A stretch of DNA of 64,000 nt, from the NCBI RefSeq assembly GCF_009914755.1, contig NC_060942.1; one strand, written 5' to 3'. A model generated the notes under the pieces. The model worked only from the letters and a program-made list of their open reading frames with translations. It was not told the DNA's origin and ran no database searches. The stretch is from the human T2T-CHM13v2.0 reference genome, Homo sapiens. The position numbers and the translations under genes are program-made. Positions 25,101 through 39,131 of the stretch are shown here, piece after piece. Positions within the stretch are counted from its first letter, which is position 1; every line of letters starts with the position of its first letter.

Positions 25101-28100
25101 GTAGAACATTCCCTTTGGTAGAGCCGGTTTGAAACACTCTTTTTTTAGTATATGGAAGTGGACATTTGGAGCGCTTTCAGGCCTACGTTGGAAAAGGAAA
25201 TATCTTCCCATAACAACTAGACAGAAGCATTCTCAGAAACTAGTTTCTGATGTGTGTCCTCAACTAACACAGTTGAACATTTCTTTAGACAGAACAGTTT
25301 TGAAACTCTCTTTTTGTGGAATCTGCAAGTGGCTATTTGGCTAGATTTGAGGATTTCGTTGGAAACGGGATTACATATAAAAAGCAGACAGCAGCATTCT
25401 CAGAAAGTTCTTTGTGATGATTGCATTCAAGTCACAGAATTGAACATTCCCTTTCACAGAGCAGGTTTGAAACACTCTTTTTGTAGTGTGTGTAAGTGGA
25501 CATTTGGAGCACTTTCCGGCCTAAGGTGAGAAAGGAAATATCTTCCCATAAAAACTAGACAGAAGCATTCTCAGAAACTTACTCGTGATGTGTGTCCTCA
25601 ACTAAAGGAGTAGAACCTTTCTTTTCATAGAGAAGTTTTGAAACGCTCTTTTTGTGGAATCTGCAAGTGGATATTTGGCTAGTTTGGAGGATTTCGTTGG
25701 AAGCGGGAATTCATACAAATTGCAGACTGCAGCGTTCTGAGAAACATCTTTGTGATGTTTGTATTCAGGACACAGAGTTGAACATTCCCTATCATAGAGC
25801 AGGTTTGAATCACTCCTTTTGTAGTATCTGGAAGTGGACATTTGGAGCGCTTTCAGGCCTATGTTGGAAAAGGAAATATCTTCCCATAACAACTAGACAG
25901 AAGCATTCTCAGAAACTTATTTGAGATGTGTGTACTCAACTAAGAGAATTGAACCACCGTTTTGAAGGAGCAGTTTTGAAACACTCTTTTTCTGGAATCT
26001 GCAAGTGGATATTTGGCTAGCTTTGGGGATTTCGCTGGAAGCGGGAATACATATAAAAAGCACACAGCAGCGTTCTGAGAAACTGCTTTCTGATGTTTGC
26101 ATTCAAGTCAAAAGTTGAACACTCCCTTTCATAGAGCAGTCCTGAAACACTCCTTTTGTAGTATCTGGAACTGGACTTTTGGAGCGCTTTCAGGGCTAAG
26201 GTGAAAAAGGAAATATCTTCCCATAAAAACTGGACAGAATCATTCTCAGAAACTTGTTTATGCTGTATCTACTCAACTAACATAGTTGAACCTTTCTTTT
26301 GATAGAGCAGTTTTGAAATGCTCTTTTTGTGGAATCTGCAAGTGGATATTTGGCTAGTTTTGAGGATTTCGTTGGAAGCGGGAATTCATACAAATTGCAG
26401 ACTGCAGCGTTCTGAGAAACATCTTTGTGATGTTTGTATTCAGGACAGAGAGTTGAACATTCCCTATCATAGAGCAGGTTGGAATCACTCCTTTTGTAGT
26501 ATCTGGAAGTGGACATTTGGAGCGCTTTCAGGCCTATGTTGGAAAAGGAAATATCTTCCCATAACAACTAGACACAAGCATTCTCAGAAACTTGTTTGTG
26601 ATGTGTGCCCTCTACTGACAGAGTTGAACCTTTCTTTTCATAGAGCAGTTTTGAAACACTCTTTTTGTAGAATCTGCAAGAGGATATTTGCATAGCTTTG
26701 AGGATTTCGTGGGAAACGTGATTGTCTTCAGGTAAAATCTAGACAGAAGCATTCTCAGAAACTTCTTTGGGATGTTTGCATTCAAGTCACAGAGTAGAAC
26801 ATTCCCTTTGGTAGAGCAGGTTTGAAACACTCTTTTTGTAGTATCTGGAAGTGGACATTTGGAGCGCTTTCAGGCCTATGTTGGAAAGGGAAATATCTTC
26901 CCGTAACAACTAGGCAGAAGCATTCTCAGAAACTTATTTGAGATGTGTGTACTCAACTAAGAGAATTGAACCACCGTTTTGAAGGAGCAGTTTTGAAACA
27001 CTCTTCTTCTGCAATCTGCAAGAGGATATTTGCCTAGCCTTGAGGATTTCGTTGGAAACGGGATTGTCTTCAGATCAAATCTAGACAGAAGCATTCTCAG
27101 AAACTTCTTTGGGATGTTTGCATTCAAGTCACAGAGTAGAACATTCCCTTTGGTAGAGCAGGTTTGAAACACTCTTTTTTTAGTATATGGAAGTGGACAT
27201 TTGGAGCGCTTTCAGGCCTACGTTGGAAAAGGAAATATCTTCCCATAACAACTAGACAGAAGCATTCTCAGAAACTAGTTTCTGATGTGTGTCCTCAACT
27301 AACACAGTTGAACATTTCTTTAGACAGAACAGTTTTGAAACTCTCTTTTTGTGGAATCTGCAAGTGGCTATTTGGCTAGATTTGAGGATTTCGTTGGAAA
27401 CGGGATTACATATAAAAAGCAGACAGCAGCATTCTCAGAAAGTTCTTTGTGATGATTGCATTCAAGTCACAGAATTGAACATTCCCTTTCACAGAGCAGG
27501 TTTGAAACACTCTTTTTATAGTGTGTGTAAGTGGACATTTGGAGCACTTTCCGGCCTAAGGTGAAAAAGGAAATATCTTCCCATAAAAACTAGACAGAAG
27601 CATTCTCAGAAACTTACTCGTGATGTGTGTCCTCAACTAAAGGAGTAGAACCTTTGTTTTCATAGAGAAGTTTTGAAACGCTCTTTTTGTGGAATCTGCA
27701 AGTGGATATTTGGCTAGTTTGGAGGATTTCGTTGGAAGCGGGAATTCATACAAATTGCAGACTGCAGCGTTCTGAGAAACATCTTTGTGATGTTTGTATT
27801 CAGGACACAGAGTTGAACATTCCCTATCATAGAGCAGGTTGGAATCACTCCTTTTGTGGTATCTGGAAGTGGACATTTGGAGCGCTTTCAGGCCTATGTT
27901 GGAAAAGGAAATATCTTCCCATAACAACTAGACAGAAGCATTCTCAGAAACTTATTTGAGATGTGTGTACTCAACTAAAAGAATTGAACCACCGTTTTGA
28001 AGGAGCAGTTTTGAAACACTCTTTTTCTGGAATCTGCAAGTGGATATTTGGCTAGCTTTGGGGATTTCGCTGGAAGCGGGAATACATATAAAAAGCACAC

Positions 28101-31100
28101 AGCAGCGTTCTGAGAAACTGCTTTCTGATGTTTGCATTCAAGTCAAAAGTTGAACACTCCCTTTCATAGAGCAGTCCTGAAACACTCCTTTTGTAGTATC
28201 TGGAACTGGACTTTTGGAGCGCTTTCAGGGCTAAGGTGAAAAAGGAAATATCTTCCCATAAAAACTGGACAGAAGCATTCTCAGAAACTTGTTTATGCTG
28301 TATCTACTCAACTAACAAAGTTGAACCTTTCTTTTGATAGAGCAGTTTTGAAATGCTCTTTTTGTGGAATCTGCAAGTGGATATTTGGCTAGTTTTGAGG
28401 ATTTCGTTGGAAGCGGGAATTCATACAAATTGCAGACTGCAGCGTTCTGAGAAACATCTTTGTGATGTTTGTATTCAGGACACAGAGTTGAACATTCCCT
28501 ATCATAGAGCAGGTTGGAATCACTCCTTTTGTAGTATCTGGAAGTGGACATTTGGAGCGCTTTCTGGCCTATGTTGAAAAAGGAAATATCTTCCCATAAC
28601 AACTAGACACAAGCATTCTCAGAAACTTGTTTGTGATGTGTGCCCTCTACTGACAGAGTTGAACCTTTCTTTTCATAGAGCAGTTTTGAAACACTCTTTT
28701 TGTAGAATCTGCAAGAGGATATTTGCATAGCTTTGAGGATTTCGTGGGAAACGGGATTGTCTTCAGGTAAAATCTAGACAGAAGCATTCTCAGAAACTTC
28801 TTTGGGATGTTTGCATTCAAGTCACAGAGTAGAACATTCCCTTTGGTAGAGCAGGTTTGAAACACTCTTTTTGTAGTATCTGGAAGTGGACATTTGGAGC
28901 GCTTTCAGGCCTATGTTGGAAAGGGAAATATCTTCCCGTAACAACTAGGCAGAAGCATTCTCAGAAACTTATTTGAGATGTGTGTACTCAACTAAGAGAA
29001 TTGAACCACCGTTTTGAAGGAGCAGTTTTGAAACACTCTTTTTCTGGAATCTGCAAGAGGATATTTGCCTAGCCTTGAGGATTTCGTTGGAAACGGGATT
29101 GTCTTCAGATCAAATCTAGACAGAAGCATTCTCAGAAACTTCTTTGGGATGTTTGCATTCAAGTCACAGAGTAGAACATTCCCTTTGGTAGAGCAGGTTT
29201 GAAACACTCTTTTTTTAGTATATGGAAGTGGACATTTGGAGCGCTTTCAGGCCTACGTTGGAAAAGGAAATATCTTCCCATAACAACTAGACAGAAGCAT
29301 TCTCAGAAACTAGTTTCTGATGTGTGTCCTCAACTAACACAGTTGAACATTTCTTTAGACAGAACAGTTTTGAAACACTCTTTTTGTGGAATCTGCAAGT
29401 GGCTATTTGGCTAGATTTGAGGATTTCGTTGGAAACGGGATTACATATAAAAAGCAGACAGCAGCATTCTCAGAAAGTTCTTTGTGATGATTGCATTCAA
29501 GTCACAGAATTGAACATTCCCTTTCACAGAGCAGGTTTGAAACACTCTTTTTGTAGTGTGTGTAAGTGGACATTTGGAGCACTTTCCGGCCTAAGGTGAA
29601 AAAGGGAATATCTTCCCATAAAAACTAGACAGAAGCATTCTCAGAAACTTACTCGTGATGTGTGTCCTCAACTAAAGGAGTAGAACCTTTGTTTTCATAG
29701 AGAAGTTTTGAAACGCTCTTTTTGTGGAATCTGCAAGTGGATATTTGGCTAGTTTGGAGGATTTCGTTGGAAGCGGGAATTCATACAAATTGCAGACTGC
29801 AGCGTTCTGAGAAACATCTTTGTGATGTTTGTATTCAGGAAACAGAGTTGAACATTCCCTATCATAGAGCAGGTTGGAATCACTCCTTTTGTGGTATCTG
29901 GAAGTGGACATTTGGAGCGCTTTCAGGCCTATGTTGGAAAAGGAAATATCTTCCCATAACAACTAGACAGAAGCATTCTCAGAAACTTATTTGAGATGTG
30001 TGTACTCAACTAAGAGAATTGAACCACCGTTTTGAAGGAGCAGTTTTGAAACACTCTTTTTCTGGAATCTGCAAGTGGATATTTGGCTAGCTTTGGGGAT
30101 TTCGCTGGAAGCGGGAATACATATAAAAAGCACACAGCAGCGTTCTGAGAAACTGCTTTCTGATGTTTGCATTCAAGTCAAAAGTTGAACACTCCCTTTC
30201 ATAGAGCAGTCCTGAAACACTCCTTTTGTAGTATCTGGAACTGGACTTTTGGAGCGCTTTCAGGGCTAAGGTGAAAAAGGAAATATCTTCCCATAAAAAC
30301 TGGACAGAAGCATTCTCAGAAACTTGTTTATGCTGTATCTACTCAACTAACAAAGTTGAACCTTTCTTTTGATAGAGCAGTTTTGAAATGCTCTTTTTGT
30401 GGAATCTGCAAGTGGATATTTGGCTAGTTTTGAGGATTTCGTTGGAAGCGGGAATTCATACAAATTGCAGACTGCAGCGTTCTGAGAAACATCTTTGTGA
30501 TGTTTGTATTCAGGACACAGAGTTGAACATTCCCTATCATAGAGCAGGTTGGAATCACTCCTTTTGTAGTATCTGGAAGTGGACATTTGGAGCGCTTTCA
30601 GGCCTATGTTGAAAAAGGAAATATCTTCCCATAACAACTAGACACAAGCATTCTCAGAAACTTGTTTGTGATGTGTGCCCTCTACTGACAGAGTTGAACC
30701 TTTCTTTTCATAGAGCAGTTTTGAAACACTCTTTTTGTAGAATCTGCAAGAGGATATTTGCATAGCTTTGAGGATTTCGTGGGAAACGGGATTGTCTTCA
30801 GGTAAAATCTAGACAGAAGCATTCTCAGAAACTTCTTTGGGATGTTTGCATTCAAGTCACAGAGTAGAACATTCCCTTTGGTAGAGCAGGTTTGAAACAC
30901 TCTTTTTGTAGTATCTGGAAGTGGACATTTGGAGCGCTTTCAGGCCTATGTTGGAAAGGGAAATATCTTCCCGTAACAACTAGGCAGAAGCATTCTCAGA
31001 AACTTATTTGAGATGTGTGTACTCAACTAAGAGAATTGAATCACCGTTTTGAAGGAGCAGTTTTGAAACACTCTTTTTCTGGAATCTGCAAGAGGATATT

Positions 31101-34100
31101 TGCCTAGCCTTGAGGATTTCGTTGGAAACGGGATTGTCTTCAGATCAAATCTAGACAGAAGCATTCTCAGAAACTTCTTTGGGATGTTTGCATTCAAGTC
31201 ACAGAGTAGAACATTCCCTTTGGTAGAGCAGGTTTGAAACACTCTTTTTTTAGTATATGGAAGTGGACATTTGGAGCGCTTTCAGGCCTACGTTGGAAAA
31301 GGAAATATCTTCCCATAACAACTAGACAGAAGCATTCTCAGAAACTAGTTTCTGATGTGTGTCCTCAACTAACACAGTTGAACATTTCTTTAGACAGAAC
31401 AGTTTTGAAACACTCTTTTTGTGGAATCTGCAAGTGGCTATTTGGCTAGATTTGAGGATTTCGTTGGAAACGGGATTACATATAAAAAGCAGACAGCAGC
31501 ATTCTCAGAAAGTTCTTTGTGATGATTGCATTCAAGTCACAGAATTGAACATTCCCTTTCACAGAGCAGGTTTGAAACACTCTTTTTGTAGTGTGTGTAA
31601 GTGGACATTTGGAGCACTTTCCGGCCTAAGGTGAAAAAGGAAATATCTTCCCATAAAAACTAGACAGAAGCATTCTCAGAAACTTACTCGTGATGTGTGT
31701 CCTCAACTAAAGGAGTAGAACCTTTGTTTTCATAGAGAAGTTTTGAAACGCTCTTTTTGTGGAATCTGCAAGTGGATATTTGGCTAGTTTGGAGGATTTC
31801 GTTGGAAGCGGGAATTCATACAAATTGCAGACTGCAGCGTTCTGAGAAACATCTTTGTGATGTTTGTATTCAGGACACAGAGTTGAACATTCCCTATCAT
31901 AGAGCAGGTTGGAATCACTCCTTTTGTAGTATCTGGAAGTGGACATTTGGAGCGCTTTCAGGCCTATGTTGGAAAAGGAAATATCTTCCCATAACAACTA
32001 GACAGAAGCATTCTCAGAAACTTATTTGAGATGTGTGTACTCAACTAAGAGAATTGAACCACCGTTTTGAAGGAGCAGTTTTGAAACACTCTTTTTCTGG
32101 AATCTGCAAGTGGATATTTGGCTAGCTTTGGGGACTTCGCTGGAGGCGGGAATACATATAAAAAGCACACAGCAGCGTTCTGAGAAACTGCTTTCTGATG
32201 TTTGCATTCAAGTCAAAAGTTGAACACTCCCTTTCATAGAGCAGTCCTGAAACACTCCTTTTGTAGTATCTGGAACTGGACTTTTGGAGCGCTTTCAGGG
32301 CTAAGGTGAAAAAGGAAATATCTTCCCATAAAAACTGGACAGAAGCATTCTCAGAAACTTGTTTATGCTGTATCTACTCAACTAACAAATTTGAACCTTT
32401 CTTTTGATAGAGCAGTTTTGAAATGCTCTTTTTGTGGAATCTGCAAGTGGATATTTGGCTAGTTTTGAGGATTTCGTTGGAAGCGGGAATTCATACAAAT
32501 TGCAGACTGCAGCGTTCTGAGAAACATCTTTGTGGTGTTTGTATTCAGGACAGAGAGTTGAACATTCCCTATCATAGAGCAGGTTGGAATCACTCCTTTT
32601 GTAGTATCTGGAAGTGGACATTTGGAGCGCTTTCAGGCCTATGTTGAAAAAGGAAATATCTTCCCATAACAACTAGACACAAGCATTCTCAGAAACTTGT
32701 TTGTGATGTGTGCCCTCTACTGACAGAGTTGAACCTCTCTTTTCATAGAGCAGTTTTGAAACACTCTTTTTGTAGAATCTGCAAGAGGATATTTGCATAG
32801 CTTTGAGGATTTCGTGGGAAACGGGATTGTCTTCAGGTAAAATCTAGACAGAAGCATTCTCAGAAACTTCTTTGGGATGTTTGCATTCAAGTCACAGAGT
32901 AGAACATTCCCTTTGGTAGAGCAGGTTTGAAACACTCTTTTTGTAGTATCTGGAAGTGGACATTTGGAGCGCTTTCAGGCCTATGTTGGAAAGGGAAATA
33001 TCTTCCCGTAACAACTAGGCAGAAGCATTCTCAGAAACTTATTTGAGATGTGTGTACTCAACTAAGAGAATTGAACCACCGTTTTGAAGGAGCAGTTTTG
33101 AAACACTCTTTTTCTGGAATCTGCAAGAGGATATTTGCCTAGCCTTGAGGATTTCGTTGGAAACGGGATTGTCTTCAGATCAAATCTAGACAGAAGCATT
33201 CTCAGAAACTTCTTTGGGATGTTTGCATTCAAGTCACAGAGTAGAACATTCCCTTTGGTAGAGCAGGTTTGAAACACTCTTTTTTTAGTATATGGAAGTG
33301 GACATTTGGAGCGCTTTCAGGCCTACGTTGGAAAAGGAAATATCTTCCCATAACAACTAGACAGAAGCATTCTCAGAAACTAGTTTCTGATGTGTGTCCT
33401 CAACTAACACAGTTGAACATTTCTTTAGACAGAACAGTTTTGAAACTCTCTTTTTGTGGAATCTGCAAGTGGATATTTGGCTAGATTTGAGGATTTCGTT
33501 GGAAACGGGATTACATATAAAAAGCAGACAGCAGCATTCTCAGAAAGTTCTTTGTGATGATTGCATTCAAGTCACAGAATTGAACATTCCCTTTCACAGA
33601 GCAGGTTTCAAAAACACTCTTTTTGTAGTGTGTGTAAGTGGACATTTGGAGCACTTTCCGGCCTAAGGTGAAAAAGGGAATATCTTCCCATAAAAACTAG
33701 ACAGAAGCATTCTCAGAAACTTACTCGTGATGTGTGTCCTCAACTAAAGGAGTAGAACCTTTGTTTTCATAGAGAAGTTTTGAAACGCTCTTTTTGTGGA
33801 ATCTGCAAGTGGATATTTGGCTAGTTTGGAGGATTTCGTTGGAAGCGGGAATTCATACAAATTGCAGACTGCAGCGTTCTGAGAAACATCTTTGTGATGT
33901 TTGTATTCAGGACACAGAGTTGAACATTCCCTATCATAGAGCAGGTTGGAATCACTCCTTTTGTAGTATCTGGAAGTGGACATTTGGAGCGCTTTCAGGC
34001 CTATGTTGGAAAAGGAAATATCTTCCCATAACAACTAGACAGAAGCATTCTCAGAAACTTATTTGAGATGTGTGTACTCAACTAAGAGAATTGAACCACC

Positions 34101-36417
34101 GTTTTGAAGGAGCAGTTTTGAAACACTCTTTTTCTGGAATCTGCAAGTGGATATTTGGCTAGCTTTGGGGATTTCGCTGGAAGCGGGAATACATATAAAA
34201 AGCACACAGCAGCGTTCTGAGAAACTGCTTTCTGATGTTTGCATTCAAGTCAAAAGTTGAACACTCCCTTTCATAGAGCAGTCCTGAAACACTCCTTTTG
34301 TAGTATCTGGAACTGGACTTTTGGAGCGCTTTCAGGGCTAAGGTGAAAAAGGAAATATCTTCCCATAAAAACTGGACAGAAGCATTCTCAGAAACTTGTT
34401 TATGCTGTATCTACTCAACTAACAAAGTTGAACCTTTCTTTTGATAGAGCAGTTTTGAAATGCTCTTTTTGTGGAATCTGCAAGTGGATATTTGGCTAGT
34501 TTTGAGGATTTCGTTGGAAGGGGGAATTCATACAAATTGCAGACTGCAGCGTTCTGAGAAACATCTTTGTGATGTTTGTATTCAGGACAGAGAGTTGAAC
34601 ATTCCCTATCATAGAGCAGGTTGGAATCACTCCTTTTGTAGTATCTGGAAGTGGACATTTGGAGCGCTTTCAGGCCTATGTTGAAAAAGGAAATATCTTC
34701 CCATAACAACTAGACACAAGCATTCTCAGAAACTTGTTTGTGATGTGTGCCCTCTACTGACAGAGTTGAACCTTTCTTTTCATAGAGCAGTTTTGAAACA
34801 CTCTTTTTGTAGAATCTGCAAGAGGATATTTGCATAGCTTTGAGGATTTCGTGGGAAACGGGATTGTCTTCAGGTAAAATCTAGACAGAAGCATTCTCAG
34901 AAACTTCTTTGGGATGTTTGCATTCAAGTCACAGAGTAGAACATTCCCTTTGGTAGAGCAGGTTTGAAACACTCTTTTTGTAGTATCTGGAAGTGGACAT
35001 TTGGAGCGCTTTCAGGCCTATGTTGGAAAGGGAAATATCTTCCCGTAACAACTAGGCAGAAGCATTCTCAGAAACTTATTTGAGATGTGTGTACTCAACT
35101 AAGAGAATTGAATCACCGTTTTGAAGGAGCAGTTTTGAAACACTCTTTTTCTGGAATCTGCAAGAGGATATTTGCCTAGCCTTGAGGATTTCGTTGGAAA
35201 CGGGATTGTCTTCAGATCAAATCTAGACAGAAGCATTCTCAGAAACTTCTTTGGGATATTTGCATTCAAGTCACGGAGTAGAACATTCCCTTTGGTAGAG
35301 CAGGTTTGAAACACTCTTTTTTTAGTATATGGAAGTGGACATTTGGAGCGCTTTCAGGCCTACGTTGGAAAAGGAAATATCTTCCCATAACAACTAGACA
35401 GAAGCATTCTCAGAAACTAGTTTCTGATATGTGTCCTCAACTAACACAGTTGAACATTTCTTTAGACAGAACAGTTTTGAAACACTCTTTTTGTGGAATC
35501 TGCAAGTGGCTATTTGGCTAGATTTGAGGATTTCGTTGGAAACGGGATTACATATAAAAAGCAGACAGCAGCATTCTCAGAAAGTTCTTTGTGATGATTG
35601 CATTCAAGTCACAGAATTGAACATTCCCTTTCACAGAGCAGGTTTGAAACACTCTTTTTGTAGTGTGTGTAAGTGGACATTTGGAGCACTTTCCGGCCTA
35701 AGGTAAAAAAGGAAATATCTTCCCATAAAAACTAGACAGAAGCATTCTCAGAAACTTACTCGTGATGTGTGTCCTCAACTAAAGGAGTAGAACCTTTCTT
35801 TTCATAGAGAAGTTTTGAAACGCTCTTTTTGTGGAATCTGCAAGTGGATATTTGGCTAGTTTGGAGGATTTCGTTGGAAGCGGGAATTCATACAAATTGC
35901 AGACTGCAGCGTTCTGAGAAACATCTTTGTGATGTTTGTATTCAGGACACAGAGTTGAACATTCCCTATCATAGAGCAGGTTGGAATCACTCCTTTTGTA
36001 GTATCTGGAAGTGGACATTTGGAGCGCTTTCAGGCCTATGTTGGAAAAGGAAATATCTTCCCATAACAACTAGACAGAAGCATTCTCAGAAACTTATTTG
36101 AGATGTGTGTACTCAACTAAGAGAATTGAACCACCGTTTTGAAGGAGCAGTTTTGAAACACTCTTTTTCTGGAATCTGCAAGTGGATATTTGGCTAGCTT
36201 TGGGGATTTCGCTGGAGGCGGGAATACATATAAAAAGCACACAGCAGCGTTCTGAGAAACTGCTTTCTGATGTTTGCATTCAAGTCAAAAGTTGAACACT
36301 CCCTTTCATAGAGCAGTCCTGAAACACTCCTTTTGTAGTATCTGGAACTGGACTTTTGGAGCGCTTTCAGGGCTAAGGTGAAAAAGGAAATATCTTCCCA
36401 TAAAAACTGGACAGAAG
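22171..36417 (+). repeat. Seven canonical 12-mer HORs (one is 2037 bp)
   Basis: Marker ORFs at 22207, 24242, 26277, 28312, 30347, 32382, 34419, 36454; net +2 bp at ~33609. Confidence 0.92.
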
Positions 36418-37776
36418 CATTCTCAGAAACTTGTTTATGCTGTATCTACTCAACTAACAAAGTTGAACCTTTCTTTTGATAGAGCAGTTTTGAAATGCTC
36501 TTTTTGTGGAATCTGCAAGTGGATATTTGGCTAGTTTGGAGGATTTCGTTGGAAGCGGGAATTCATACAAATTGCAGACTGCAGCGTTCTGAGAAACATC
36601 TTTGTGATGTTTGTATGCAGGACAGGGAGTTGAACATTCCCTATCATAGAGCAGGTTGGAATCACTCCTTTTGTAGTATCTGGAAGTGGACATTTGGAGC
36701 GCTTTCTGGCCTATGTTGAAAAAGGAAATATCTTCCCATAACAACTAGACACAAGCATTCTCAGAAACTTGTTTGTGATGTGTGCCCTCTACTGACAGAG
36801 TTGAACCTTTCTTTTCATAGAGCAGTTTTGAAACACTCTTTTTGTAGAATCTGCAAGAGGATATTTGCATAGCTTTGAGGATTTCGTGGGAAACGGGATT
36901 GTCTTCAGGTAAAATCTAGACAGAAGCATTCTCAGAAACTTCTTTGGGATGTTTGCATTCAAGTCACAGAGTAGAACATTCCCTTTGGTAGAGCAGGTTT
37001 GAAACACTCTTTTTGTAGTATCTGGAAGTGGACATTTGGAGCGCTTTCAGGCCCATGTTGGAAAGGGAAATATCTTCCCGTAACAACTAGGCAGAAGCAT
37101 TCTCAGAAACTTATTTGAGATGTGTGTACTCAACTAAGAGAATTGAACCACCGTTTTGAAGGAGCAGTTTTGAAACACTCTTTTTCTGGAATCTGCAAGA
37201 GGATATTTGCCTAGCTTTGAGGATTTCGTTGGAATCGGGATTGTGTTCAGATCAAATCTAGACAGAACATTCTCAGAAACTTCTTTGGGATGTTTGCATT
37301 CAAGTCACAGAGTAGAACATTCCCTTTGGTAGAGCAGGTGTGAAACACTCTTTTTTTAGTATATGGAAGTGGACATTTGGAGCGCTTTCAGGCCTACGTT
37401 GGAAAAGGAAATATCTTCCCATAACAACTAGACAGAAGCATTCTCAGAAACTAGTTCCTGATGTGTGTCCTCAACTAACACAGTTGAACATTTCTTTAGA
37501 CAGAAGAGTTTTGAAACACTCTTTTTGTGGAATCTACAAGTGGATATTTGGCTAGATTTGAGGATTTCGTTGGAAACGGGATTACATATAAAAAGCAGAC
37601 AGCAGCATTCTCAGAAAGTTCTTTGTGATGATTGCATTCAAATCACAGAATTGAACATTCCCTTTCACAGAGGAGGTTTGAAACACTCTTTTTGTAGTGT
37701 GTGTAAGTGGACATTTGGAGCGCTTTCCGGCCTAAGGTGAAAAAGGAAATATCTTCCCATAAAAACTAGACAGAAG

Positions 37777-39131
37777 CATTCTCAGAAACTTACTCGTGAT
37801 GTGTGTCCTCAACTAAAGGAGTAGAACCTTTCTATTCATAGAGAAGTTTTGAAACGCTCTTTTTGTGGAATCTGCAAGTGGATATTTGGCTAGTTTTGAG
37901 GATTTCGTTGGAAGCGGGAATTCATACAAATTGCAGACTGCAGCGTTCTGAGAAACATCTTTGTGATGTTTGTATTCAGGACACAGAGATGAACATTCCC
38001 TATCATAGAGCAGGTTGGAATCACTCCTTTTGTAGTATCTGGGACATTTGGAGCGCTTTCAGGCCTATGTTGAAAAAGGAAATATCTTCCCATAACAACT
38101 AGACACAAGCATTCTCAGAAACTTGTTTGTGATGTGTGCCCTCTACTGACAGAGTTGAACCTTTCTTTTCATAGAGCAGTTTTGAAACACTCTTTTTGTA
38201 GAACCTGCAAGACGATATTTGCATAGCTTTGAGGATTTCGTGGGAAACCGGATTGTCTTCAGGTAAAATCTAGACAGAAGCATTCTCAGAAACTTCTTTG
38301 GGATGTTTGCATTCAAGTCACAGAGTAGAACATTCCCTTTGGTAGAGCAGGTTTGAAACACTCTTTTTGTAGTATCTGGAAGTGGACATTTGGAGCGCTT
38401 TCAGGCCCATGTTGGAAAGGGAAATATCTTCCCGTAACAACTAGGCAGAAGCATTCTCAGAAACTTATTTGAGATGTGTGTACTCAACTAAGAGAATTGA
38501 ACCACCGTTTTGAAGGAGCAGTTTTGAAACACTCTTTTTCTGGAATCTGCAAGAGTATATTTGCCTAGCCTTGAGGATTTCGTTGGAAACGGGATTGTCT
38601 TCAGATAAAATCTAGACAGAAGCATTCTCAGAAACTTCTTTGGGATGTTTGCATTCAAGTCACAGAGTAGAACATTCCCTTTGGTAGAGCAGGTTTGAAA
38701 CACTCTTTTTTTAGTATATGGAAGTGGACATTTGGAGCGCTTTCAGGCCTACGTTGGAAAAGGAAATATCTTCCCATAACAACTAGACAGAAGCATTCTC
38801 AGAAACTAGTTTCTGATGTGTGTCCTCAACTAACACAGTTGTACATTTCTTTAGACAGAACAGTTTTGAAACACTCTTTTTGTGGAATCTGCAAGTGGCT
38901 ATTTGGCTAGATTTGAGGATTTCGTTGGAAACGGGATTACATATAAAAAGCAGACAGCAGCATTCTCAGAAAGTTCTTTGTGATGATTGCATTCAAGTCA
39001 CAAAATTGAACATTCCCTTTCACAGAGCAGGTTTGAAACACTCTTTTTGTAGTGTGTGTAAGTGGACATTTGGAGCACTTTCCGGCCTAAGGTGAAAAAG
39101 GAAATATCTTCCCATAAAAACTAGACAGAAG
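37777..39131 (+). repeat. 8-mer HOR variant (E/A hybrid-B-C-D, 1355 bp, includes a 5-bp deletion)
   Basis: E start (tactcgtga) with an A-type tail (gttgaaaaagg...acacaag) followed by B, skipping F; tatctgggaca at ~38041. Confidence 0.9.

Noticed and set aside
26318-26695. Longest ORF (125 aa); similarly 59782-60153 (123 aa)
   Set aside because: Each arises from a single SNV removing a stop codon in one repeat copy; there is no evidence of coding function.
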